Shown here one piece after another: positions 41,467 to 49,822 of a stretch of DNA of 64,000 nt. Source of the stretch: an uncultured Acidimicrobiia bacterium (GTDB lineage Bacteria; Actinomycetota; Acidimicrobiia; Acidimicrobiales; AC-14); NCBI GenBank assembly GCA_963836205.1, contig CAWIIV010000015.1, positions 160,001 through 224,000 on the forward strand, given 5' to 3'. Position numbers and translations under genes: made by a program. Within the stretch, counting starts at the first letter, position 1. Each line of letters begins with the position of its first letter. The notes under the pieces were generated by a model that saw only the letters and a program-made list of their open reading frames with translations, ran no database searches and had not been told where the DNA came from.

Positions 41467-42196
41467 CGCGGCCGACGTGCCGCCCCCCGACCGGGAGTGG
41501 GTGTCGTTCGACGACGACGAGGAGTACCGCACGTGGGTGTTCGACGTGACGTTCCTCCTCAGCCGGTGGTCGTGCATCTACGGCCAGGGGTGCCAGGGCG
41601 TGCTCACCGGCCCCACGCCGGAACGGGAGCAGGGCTGCTGCTCCTACGGCGCCCATTTCACCGACCAGGCCGACGCCGACCGGGTGGCGGCGGTGGCGGC
41701 CACCCTGACGCCCGAGGAGTGGCAGTTCCACGCCGAGGGAGCCAGGCACGGGATCCTCAGAAAGCGGCCCGCCCAACCCAGGGTCACCCGGATGGTCAAG
41801 GGCGCCTGCCTGTTCCTCAACCGGCCCGGGTTCGCGGGGGGTGTGGGCTGCGCCCTCCACATCGCCGCCATCAACCGGGGCGGCCGTCCCCTCGACTACA
41901 AGCCCGACGTGTGCTGGCAGCTCCCCCTGCGCCGCGACGACCGGGACGACGAGGAGGGCCACGTGACGTCGACCATCGGCGAATGGGGGCGCTCGGGATG
42001 GGGCGCAGGCGGCGCCGAGTTCCACTGGTGGTGCACCGAGGCCCGGGAGGCCTACGCCGGCTCGGAGCCCCTCTACCGGAGCATGGCCGCCGAACTGGAG
42101 GCAATGGTGGGGACGACGGTGTACCGCCGCCTGGAGTCCTACCTCGACCGCCGGGCCGCCGGCAGCGTGCCCCTCCCCCACCCCGCTGTTCGCTGA
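41459..42196 (+). CDS. Conserved Cys-rich protein (DUF3109/YkgJ-like zinc or Fe-S cluster)
   Basis: WSCIYGQGC, GCCSYGAHF, GACLFLNRPGF, GCALH, KPDVCWQLP and WWC motifs. Confidence 0.7.
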   Translation: MADAADVPPPDREWVSFDDDEEYRTWVFDVTFLLSRWSCIYGQGCQGVLTGPTPEREQGCCSYGAHFTDQADADRVAAVAATLTPEEWQFHAEGARHGILRKRPAQPRVTRMVKGACLFLNRPGFAGGVGCALHIAAINRGGRPLDYKPDVCWQLPLRRDDRDDEEGHVTSTIGEWGRSGWGAGGAEFHWWCTEAREAYAGSEPLYRSMAAELEAMVGTTVYRRLESYLDRRAAGSVPLPHPAVR

Positions 42197-42210
42197 GGAC
42201 GCGCCTTGCG

Positions 42211-42519
42211 CTAGGGCTCCTGCCCGCCGCCTCCACCGCCACCGCCGCCGCCGCTTGCGACCTGACCGCCCGATCCGGCGGCCGCCGACCCGCCTGCACC
42301 TGCTCCGATGCTGCCCGATTGCGGGACGATGGGGCCGGTACTCGGGCTGTCGTCGATGTCGCCGTCGTCGTCGTTCTCGAGGTCCTCGGTGGCCAGGCAC
42401 CAGCTGGCGTGCTCCTCGTCGGGGGCCGCGCCGCACTCGGCGCACGGCTCGACGATCACTTCCACCGTGCGCTTGAGTGCCCTCGCCTCCTCGAAGCGCC
42501 GATGACGTCCCTTTTTCAC
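42211..42519 (-). CDS. Hypothetical protein with CxxC...HxxWC motif and acidic/Gly-rich tail
   Basis: PCAECGAAPDEEHASWCL; start uncertain (42519 or 42555). Confidence 0.45.
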   Translation of the reverse strand: MKKGRHRRFEEARALKRTVEVIVEPCAECGAAPDEEHASWCLATEDLENDDDGDIDDSPSTGPIVPQSGSIGAGAGGSAAAGSGGQVASGGGGGGGGGGQEP

Positions 42520-42608
42520 GTTGGTGCTCCCGACTTTCGCTAACTGGGACCGCATCCAGTCTACCGCTGGGCGCTCCGCTCGCCCCACCATGACTACGGT
42601 TGGACGCC

Positions 42609-42836
42609 ATGGCCGAGGACTTCGACGTGGACGCTCTGGTGACCCGTTTCAAGGAACGGGCCGCCGCCGTCCGCAGCCGCGGCGTCCCTCCCTTGGAGGG
42701 CGACGACCGCAAGCGTTTCATGGCCCGGATGCAGCTCGATTACATGGACTACGCCATGCTCGGCGACGCCACCGGCACCCTCGACGACGGCATCCTCACC
42801 CTGAGAATCGACCTCAGGCCGAAGGCGGACGACTGA
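42609..42836 (+). CDS. Small hypothetical protein
   Basis: MAEDFDVDALVTRFKERAAAVRSRGVPPLEG...; strong GC3 bias; TACGGT 8 nt upstream. Confidence 0.65.
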   Translation: MAEDFDVDALVTRFKERAAAVRSRGVPPLEGDDRKRFMARMQLDYMDYAMLGDATGTLDDGILTLRIDLRPKADD

Positions 42837-43818
42837 CCCGACGCCAGTCAGGCGGGAGGCACTGCGCTGCAGCGACGCCGTACCGCACGAACACGTCGTG
42901 CGCGGCGCGGGCGGTGCCAAGCATGGACGACGAGTCAACGGCCATGTCGCCGGCACACCAGGGCGCGCTCCGATCGTCGGGGTCCGGGTCGTCACAACAG
43001 TTTGCAAGCTGGGTGCAGGCGACTTTGGCCAAATAGGGGCTCTCCCGAATGCCGGCCAGGATCTCCGGATGCGGCACGGCTTCCCATCGTCGGCCGTTCT
43101 GTATCACCACCGACGACGCCTGAGTGGCCCGAGAAAACATCGACGCGAATGTCTTCGGCTCGGCCCGCCCTGGTCGCCCACCGTGGTGCGGAAAGAGAAG
43201 GACGTCGCACAGGAGGATTAGCGGGTCGCGGCCGGTGAGGTGCATGAGGGCGTGGTCGTCGCTGTCACCACCAAGCACGACGCTCGGATCGGTCGGACCC
43301 TGGCTGTCGAGGCGGCCCACGATCGAAAAGCGGTTCCGGTGCTCAGGGCGGACGACGCCGCTCCCGGGAAGCGGCCAGATGGCGGTGAACCGCACGCCCG
43401 GCCCCAGATCAAAGCCGCCACCGTCGACGAGAGGCGTCGGGCGCCGCCCGGTCTTCTCGCGCCAGACATCGATCGCGTCGAGCAGGTCCCGCTCGTGGTT
43501 CCCCCGAGAGTTTGCATCCCGGCCTGGCACGTCGATCTGGTCGACCTCGACCTGATTGGCATAGAGGGCGCGAATGTCGAATGCCTCACTGAGAAGCAGC
43601 GCTGGCAGACCTTCGTAGTGGTCGCGGTGAAGATGAGTCAGGACTACCGCCTCGATCACGACGCGGCCGTCGTCGCCCACTTCCAGCTCCTGGCGCAGCA
43701 GCCAGTTCAACGTCGTGGCCTGAGCACCGCCGGCATCGACTATCGCGCACTGGTTCCCGGAACGCACTACCACACTCGATCCGTGCCCGACATCGAGGAA
43801 GTCGACACGCATCGTCAA
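42814..43818 (-). CDS. ComEC/Rec2-like metallo-beta-lactamase-fold hydrolase (putative nuclease)
   Basis: FLDVGHG, IVDAG, THLHRDHYEG (HxHxDH), NRFSIV, GGD and FPHHGG; C-terminal CTQLANCC...CAG. Confidence 0.85.
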   Translation of the reverse strand: MTMRVDFLDVGHGSSVVVRSGNQCAIVDAGGAQATTLNWLLRQELEVGDDGRVVIEAVVLTHLHRDHYEGLPALLLSEAFDIRALYANQVEVDQIDVPGRDANSRGNHERDLLDAIDVWREKTGRRPTPLVDGGGFDLGPGVRFTAIWPLPGSGVVRPEHRNRFSIVGRLDSQGPTDPSVVLGGDSDDHALMHLTGRDPLILLCDVLLFPHHGGRPGRAEPKTFASMFSRATQASSVVIQNGRRWEAVPHPEILAGIRESPYLAKVACTQLANCCDDPDPDDRSAPWCAGDMAVDSSSMLGTARAAHDVFVRYGVAAAQCLPPDWRRVSRPPSA

Positions 43819-44732
43819 TCGGGATTCCCGTCATCGGCATCCGTCTCGTACAGCTCCTTCAGCTCCTCGTGAATAGCCTTCCACTCCGACCTCGTTGCCT
43901 CGTCCGCCGCCTTCTTCTTGTGTCGGCGCCCAGCGGGAGTGTCCACCGGAGCCTCCGGATCTATGACCGACGCAGGCTCGTTCCATGCCAGTTGCGACCG
44001 GAACCGGGAGGAAAGGCCGATCCTTTCGATAATCGCCAGGTTGAGGGTATAGGCGTCTTCCGCCTCGGGGTCGTACTCGACCCGCACCAACATGGGATTT
44101 TCGGGCTTGATGCCGTCGACCCGGTCCTCGAACGACGAAAGGACGTCGGAGGGCTGCCGTCGCCACCAGGCCCGGTCAACGACCACTTCCTTGTCCGCCC
44201 GCCACGAGGGCACAACTAGCCGGCTGAACATGGCATCTGGCGACCACTCGAGCACCTTGGCCACGGCGGTCGTCCGCGCCGACACTGTGGGCCGCAGGTC
44301 GACCTCCACCGGCGGTAGCCCGAGAACCTCGGCCACCAGGGCGACGATTGTCTTGTCGACCATGAGTTGATTCTTCACTGCTGCAAGGTTGCAGTGCTTA
44401 CGGAGCTCGGTCGTCTCGTCGGCGGGAACTGTGAGCAGACTATAGATGATGACCGGCGTGTCGACATTGGGTGATTCGGGGATGCCTCGCCGCACGACAT
44501 CGAGGCCGCAGCGAGCGTCACCCCATCCACTAAGGTCGAGGTAATCGAGCACGATCACCTCGAACACCTGCTTCTTCAGCACAGTCACCGCATGTTCCAC
44601 GTCCCACACGTAGTGAACTTCGAGGTTGAGCTCAGCCTCTATGAGCGCTGCCCGCTTCCGACCCGCACCCCGCTGATCGTCGAACAGAAGGACGCTGCTC
44701 GTAACGGGAACCAGAATTGCCGCGAGATTCAC
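43815..44732 (-). CDS. Response regulator receiver domain fused to an unrecognised C-terminal domain
   Basis: VLLFDD, VIVLD (phosphoacceptor), PVIIYS and VK receiver hallmarks; GTGA and ATGA overlaps with both neighbours. Confidence 0.7.
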   Translation of the reverse strand: MNLAAILVPVTSSVLLFDDQRGAGRKRAALIEAELNLEVHYVWDVEHAVTVLKKQVFEVIVLDYLDLSGWGDARCGLDVVRRGIPESPNVDTPVIIYSLLTVPADETTELRKHCNLAAVKNQLMVDKTIVALVAEVLGLPPVEVDLRPTVSARTTAVAKVLEWSPDAMFSRLVVPSWRADKEVVVDRAWWRRQPSDVLSSFEDRVDGIKPENPMLVRVEYDPEAEDAYTLNLAIIERIGLSSRFRSQLAWNEPASVIDPEAPVDTPAGRRHKKKAADEATRSEWKAIHEELKELYETDADDGNPD

Positions 44733-47194
44733 GGCCGCGACGCGGGCGGCGACGATAGGCCCGGCCCGCTCCAATTGTGGACACCCGCCGGGAGATCGTT
44801 TCGCACCCACAGCTCGAATCGGGTGTCGAATCCCTGGCGCTCACGGCGGAGCGGATCATCGAGCGTCGGCCGGCTGTGCCGAAGGGCGACGTCGCCCTCG
44901 TGAGCCTGCGCCACCTGCCGAGCCAGGAAAAGACCGATACCCAGGCCTGGGATGGCCCGGCGCGAATGGACGAATCCCCCGCGCTTGAAAGGAAGAAAAA
45001 TCGTCGTGCGCCGGCTCTCCGGGATAGGGAGGCCCCAATTGTCGACAGTCACGTATAGCTGCCTTCCATCCCGCCGGGCACGCACCGCGATACAAACTGG
45101 CTGGGCCCGCTCCCTTGTGATCGAGTACTTTACTGCGTTGTCGAGAAGCGCGACAAGTGCATAGGTCAGGCGATCCTGGTCGACACACAAGCTCCCGAGC
45201 CGGCGCAGGACATCATCGTCGAGGGTCACCGTATACCTGGCGATATCGAACTGCTCCCTTAGGGAGCCCGGGAACCTGGTATCGAGTTGTGCGATGGCGT
45301 CGCGAATCAAGTCGCGCACTGGAACCTGAGCGAAGTCGAACTGGATCGACTCCTCCTGGCCGGCCACGAAGTACGCCATTGAGAAGATCCGGAGCGCAGC
45401 CGCTCGCGTCGTAAGGAGGTGATTCCGGGCCTCCCGCATGTCCCAGACGACATTGTGCGCCACAACCCCCCCCTGGGCACACGTCTGCACCGCGTTCGCC
45501 CCGCTTTGGAGGGCGGAGCTAGCCTCCGACACCAACGAAAGGAGGCTGGTGCCAAGTTCGTGCTGGAGAAACTTCACCACGTCTAGGCCGACGCGGCTGG
45601 CCAGGTCCGAGCGGCGATGGCTGGTGGCTTGGGCGAGATAGACGGTGATGATCTGCAGCATGCTCAGTCGGAGCGGGATGTGGTCGCGAAGCTCCCGGGC
45701 GACCTCGAACGGCTGGCCGGTCTGGGTGCGGCAGATCGGGATGAGCAGGGCAACGGACGCGTTGTCGACCAGGGCGTAGGTACACAGCAAGTGCGTGTAG
45801 CCACGAACGAGCAGGGCGTCGGTCATCACACTGCGCTCTGTTAGCGGCAACAGAAGAGTGTGCTCGGCGACCTCCTCGACGGCTCCGCCCGGCTGCTCAT
45901 CACCGTTGAGCACCAGTGCCAGCGATGCTGGCCAATCGGATACGCCCCGAGTGGGATTCTCCGGAAATGGCAATCCCTCGGCGACGAACACATCGACGCC
46001 ACCGTCGACGCCAGTCCCCAGCAGGGCCCAGGACTTCACATTTATGGTGAGCAGCGCCTTGTGCACCGCAGCTCGAAGCTGAGCCCGGTCGAGCTCGCCA
46101 GAGACCTCTACGCTAAGTCCGCGGATCGACTCGGAAACCGTATGTGACTGGTGGGCGTCGAGCTCGTCCGAAAGCCGTCGGCAGGCGACGTGGAGGAGCT
46201 CCCGGTCGGCGAAGAAGGGCAGCCGGGGAGAGTCGTCGCGGTTGATGAACCGGAGGAGGTACCGCGCGTCGTGATGGCCGATCTGCTCGTAGAGCACGGT
46301 CCTGACCTCGGCCTGGAACAGGTTCTCGTGCCACTGACGAGAGGCCTCGTTGACGAATGCCTGCTCGAGGACAGAGAAGTTCGGCTGGTAACGGTCGTCA
46401 GCACTCAACCATGCAGCTCCGGTGAGGCGCTCGCCGAGGGAATACGACTCCGGCTCCGGGTCGACGACGCGGTAGCGCGCCTCAAAGTCCGGGGCCGGGC
46501 ATTCTGCGTCTGTGAGCTTCGTGAGCTCCCCTCGAACCCAATCGTACTCGAAAGCGGTGGCGATTCCCGCCCGCATCGCCCACCGGAGCGACGCTGCAAC
46601 GTCGGTGATCCAACGCCTTTGCTCAGGGTGAGGATGGTTAAGGCCAGCGAAACGTCCGGCGACGTCGCGCCGGTATCGGGCCCCGAGCGTCATGCCCAGA
46701 AGTGACAAAGCCTCGGCATCGGCCGCCGGGATCGGAGGGTCGGCGCCTTTCCGATCTGCGTGGAGCACGCCTACCGCCTCAGTTCCGTCGAGCACAGGCA
46801 CTTCGACCAGTGTGCGGATCTGCAGCATCAGCTCAGGAGGAGTCATGCTCGTCCCGAGCCGATTGCCATGCGCCTGCATTGGCATCCGCCACGCCGAGAC
46901 GTCAGGACCGAGGAGCGAGTTCCGAATGGAATAGCTGAGGCGGCCGGGCACGACAAGAGGATTATCCGGACGCCGCTCGACAAGAACGAGCTTCGGCGCA
47001 TCCGGATCGAGGTCGCCGGGATCACGAAACGGCGGCTTGACCAGAGCGTAGAAACGAGCCCGCTCGAAACCGGCGTCGATGAGCCAGGCAAGGGCGGCCC
47101 GGACGGCCGAACCCCGAGTAGGCGCGGTCGAAATCGGGGACAGGGTCCCGACCGGCCGGTTAGCCGGGCTGGACTGTGTAGTCACCTCCGGCAT
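44729..47194 (-). CDS. Cytoplasmic multi-GAF sensor histidine kinase
   Basis: GAF-like VEVPVLDGTEAVGVLHAD and YSLGERLTG; H-box LQHELG, N-box LLDNAVKYS, F-box IFLPFKRG, G2 GLGIGLFLAR; no obvious TM helix. Confidence 0.85.
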   Translation of the reverse strand: MPEVTTQSSPANRPVGTLSPISTAPTRGSAVRAALAWLIDAGFERARFYALVKPPFRDPGDLDPDAPKLVLVERRPDNPLVVPGRLSYSIRNSLLGPDVSAWRMPMQAHGNRLGTSMTPPELMLQIRTLVEVPVLDGTEAVGVLHADRKGADPPIPAADAEALSLLGMTLGARYRRDVAGRFAGLNHPHPEQRRWITDVAASLRWAMRAGIATAFEYDWVRGELTKLTDAECPAPDFEARYRVVDPEPESYSLGERLTGAAWLSADDRYQPNFSVLEQAFVNEASRQWHENLFQAEVRTVLYEQIGHHDARYLLRFINRDDSPRLPFFADRELLHVACRRLSDELDAHQSHTVSESIRGLSVEVSGELDRAQLRAAVHKALLTINVKSWALLGTGVDGGVDVFVAEGLPFPENPTRGVSDWPASLALVLNGDEQPGGAVEEVAEHTLLLPLTERSVMTDALLVRGYTHLLCTYALVDNASVALLIPICRTQTGQPFEVARELRDHIPLRLSMLQIITVYLAQATSHRRSDLASRVGLDVVKFLQHELGTSLLSLVSEASSALQSGANAVQTCAQGGVVAHNVVWDMREARNHLLTTRAAALRIFSMAYFVAGQEESIQFDFAQVPVRDLIRDAIAQLDTRFPGSLREQFDIARYTVTLDDDVLRRLGSLCVDQDRLTYALVALLDNAVKYSITRERAQPVCIAVRARRDGRQLYVTVDNWGLPIPESRRTTIFLPFKRGGFVHSRRAIPGLGIGLFLARQVAQAHEGDVALRHSRPTLDDPLRRERQGFDTRFELWVRNDLPAGVHNWSGPGLSSPPASRP

Positions 47195-47232
47195 GGTAGG
47201 TGAGGCTCCTTACCGAGGTGAGCGCTTACTTC

Positions 47233-47559
47233 CTACTTACCCGGCGACTCGCCGGCGACGATCTCGCGGCCGCTGTCGGCCCACGCCTTGGTGCCGCCGG
47301 CGACGGAGTAGGCGTCGACGCCCTGTTGCCGCAGCCACTGCACCACCTTGAGGCTGCGCCCGCCCAGGTGGCAGATGACGTACACCTGGCCGTCGGCCGG
47401 CACCTCCTCCACCCGCTCGGCGATCTCGCTCATGGGCAGGAGGATGACCCCGGGAACGTGGCCCTCGAGGTACTCCTCCGTCTCCCGTACGTCGACGACG
47501 GGGGTACCAGCCGCCCGCGCCTTCTCCAGCTGCTCGATGTCGACCTCGACCGGGTTCAT
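47233..47559 (-). CDS. Rhodanese-like domain protein
   Basis: VDVRETEEYLEGHVPG, VICHLGGRS and GGTKAW. Confidence 0.9.
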   Translation of the reverse strand: MNPVEVDIEQLEKARAAGTPVVDVRETEEYLEGHVPGVILLPMSEIAERVEEVPADGQVYVICHLGGRSLKVVQWLRQQGVDAYSVAGGTKAWADSGREIVAGESPGK

Positions 47560-48059
47560 GCCCGCCATCTTCGCAGGTAGCGGGCGTGTTCCTGGTCGAC
47601 GTCGCCGATGGCCGACGAGGCCTCGGCCGCGGTCATCACCACCAGCCGGGCGTGGGCCTCGGCGCACCGGCGGCCGCCACCGTCGGCCTCCACCACTTCG
47701 GCCCGGGCCGTGACCGCGGCGTCGGTGACCGTCTGCACCGACGCCGTCACCCGGTAGGGCCGCCCCACCCGCACCGGGCGGTCGAACGTGGTGGCCGTCT
47801 GGTGGACGACGGCGAAGCGCTCGGCGACGGCGATCGCAGCCCAGGCCATGGCCTCGTCGAGGATGGCCAGCACCACCCCGCCGTGGACGTAGCGGGGCAC
47901 CCCCGAGAACTCGTCGCCCAGGGTGAACTCGGCGGTGACGACGGCCGCCTCGTCGTCGTAGAGGAACGGGATGCCGAGGCCCCGGGTGTTGGTCGGCTCG
48001 CACACGAAGCAGTTGGTGTCGAACCCCCAGGCCCCGTTGTCCAGGTGCCGCACGGCCAT
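47556..48059 (-). CDS. PaaI-family (hotdog fold) thioesterase
   Basis: CFVC...N, HGGVVLAILDEAM and FDRPV. Confidence 0.85.
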   Translation of the reverse strand: MAVRHLDNGAWGFDTNCFVCEPTNTRGLGIPFLYDDEAAVVTAEFTLGDEFSGVPRYVHGGVVLAILDEAMAWAAIAVAERFAVVHQTATTFDRPVRVGRPYRVTASVQTVTDAAVTARAEVVEADGGGRRCAEAHARLVVMTAAEASSAIGDVDQEHARYLRRWRA

Positions 48060-48072
48060 CAGGCAACCGTAA

Positions 48073-48888
48073 TCATCGGGGCTCCCTGGCGAGGTCGACC
48101 GTCACCGCCAGGTGGTCCGACAGCGGGAGGAGGTGGGCGCCGCTGTCCACCACCGGGGGGAGGGTCCCCCGCCCGAGGACGTGGTCGATCTGCATCGACG
48201 GCTTGGGGGCGGGGAACGTGGCCGCCTTCACCAGCGAGCGCCAGCCCGCCGGCGGCCGGACGAAGAGGTTGGGGACGTTGAGATCGCCCAGCAGGACGCA
48301 CCGCCCGTCGAGATGCCCGTCGGCCAGGGCGGCCAGGGCCTGGGTGAGGCGGCGGAGCTGGGCCAGGTTCCAGCCGGGGACGAACGAGAGGTGGGTGTTG
48401 GCCACCAGCAGACGCCCGCCCGGCCCGGGCAGCTCGACCTCGGCGGCCAGACCCACCCGGGGCTCGTCGTCGAGGAGTATCAGTCCCCCGCCCGGCACGT
48501 ACACCGGCGACCGGAGCTTGGCCGGGGCCAGGCGGACCACATGCCATGCCCGCACCGGCAGCCGGGACACGATCGACACCCCGTAGCCGGCTTCTCCTTC
48601 CGCCATGTCGTCGTCGGTGGCCGGCCGCCACTCCGCTCCCGGCTCCCCTACGAGGGCGGGAACGAAGCGCCAGGCCACCGCACCCATGGCCTCGGCCACG
48701 ACTGCCGTCTGGTCGACCATTCCCGAGCGGGCCTGGCCCCGGTCGACCTCCTGGAGGCAGAGGACGTCGGCGTCGAGCGACAGGCAGGCGTCGACCAGGC
48801 GGTCGGTGCGCACCTCGCCGTCGGCCGGTGCCTGGCCGTGGAGGACGTTGAACGTCGCCAGCCGGACGACGCCCGCCGGCCGGCTCAG
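48073..48888 (-). CDS. Endonuclease/exonuclease/phosphatase (EEP) family protein
   Basis: RLATFNVLHG (upstream of the listed ORF, in frame), LQEVD, NTHLS, GDLN, IDHVL and SDH. Start uncertain (CTG at 48888 or a sequence error). Confidence 0.85.
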   Translation of the reverse strand: MSRPAGVVRLATFNVLHGQAPADGEVRTDRLVDACLSLDADVLCLQEVDRGQARSGMVDQTAVVAEAMGAVAWRFVPALVGEPGAEWRPATDDDMAEGEAGYGVSIVSRLPVRAWHVVRLAPAKLRSPVYVPGGGLILLDDEPRVGLAAEVELPGPGGRLLVANTHLSFVPGWNLAQLRRLTQALAALADGHLDGRCVLLGDLNVPNLFVRPPAGWRSLVKAATFPAPKPSMQIDHVLGRGTLPPVVDSGAHLLPLSDHLAVTVDLAREPR

Positions 48889-48892
48889 GCCC

Positions 48893-49435
48893 TCAGCCGC
48901 CGTAGTTCATGCGGGTGTCCTCCATGCGGAGCACGCCCGTGTCCTCGGCCTTCTGGAACCCGGCGTCGACCACCTCGCCCAGGAACAGGGTGTGGTCGCC
49001 CACGTCGACCTGCTGGCGCACGACGCAGTCGAGGTAGGCCGCGGCCTGGTCGAGCACGGGCGCTCCCGACAGCCCGTCGTGGAAGGCGAAGCCGTTGAGG
49101 GTGTGGGCGTCGAGGTCGACCTCCACCGGCTTGGTGAACTTGCGGACGATGGCCCGGTCCTCCCGGTCGACGATGCTGAGGGCGAAGACCTGCCCCTCCA
49201 GCAGCAGCTCGTGGGAAAACGCCTCCCTCTCCACGCTGACCCCCACCAGCTTGGGGTCGAAGCTCACCTGGGTGGCCCAGTTGAGGGTCATCCCGTTGCG
49301 GCGGTCGCCGGCACGGGTGCCGAGCACATAGAGGCCGCTCGGCATCGTCCACAACACCCGCCGCCGCAGCTTGTCGTACTCGTCGGCGTCCCGCCCGTCG
49401 GGCACCGGGCCGACGATCCCGTTGCTGAGGGGCAT
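48893..49435 (-). CDS. Flavin reductase family protein
   Basis: MPSGLYVLG, NGMTLNWATQVSFDP and GDHTLFLGEV. Confidence 0.9.
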   Translation of the reverse strand: MPLSNGIVGPVPDGRDADEYDKLRRRVLWTMPSGLYVLGTRAGDRRNGMTLNWATQVSFDPKLVGVSVEREAFSHELLLEGQVFALSIVDREDRAIVRKFTKPVEVDLDAHTLNGFAFHDGLSGAPVLDQAAAYLDCVVRQQVDVGDHTLFLGEVVDAGFQKAEDTGVLRMEDTRMNYGG

Positions 49436-49444
49436 GGGCGGACG

Positions 49445-49732
49445 CTACCCCGTGGGGGCGAGGGCCTCGATCGTGGCCGCCAGCTCGAGGTCCTTGGCCG
49501 TGATCCCGCCCTCGCTGTGGGTGCTCAGGCGGACGAGGACCTTGTTCCAACGGATGTCGAGGTCGGGATGGTGGTTGGCCGCCTCCGCCTCGTACGACAG
49601 GCGGACGACGAACGCCACCGCCTCCTTGAAGTTGCCCAGGCGGTACTCCTTGGCGATCTCGTCCCCCGACCGCTCCCAGCCTGGCCGCTCGGCCAGCCCG
49701 GTGGTGATCTCGTCGTCGCTCAGTGTGCCCAT
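49445..49732 (-). CDS. phhB: Pterin-4-alpha-carbinolamine dehydratase
   Basis: AEAANHHPDL and LSTHSEGGITAKD. Confidence 0.92.
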   Translation of the reverse strand: MGTLSDDEITTGLAERPGWERSGDEIAKEYRLGNFKEAVAFVVRLSYEAEAANHHPDLDIRWNKVLVRLSTHSEGGITAKDLELAATIEALAPTG

Positions 49733-49822
49733 GACGCCTCCCCGATGATGGCTAAATGATGGCTGCCCTGGCCGAAATGACGGCGGACTGCGCCGCCGCA
49801 GGTCCTAGTTTGGTCGAGGAAC

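Noticed and set aside
42814-43818. Competence gene comEC
   Set aside because: No membrane competence domain and no comEA context; only the soluble MBL domain is present.
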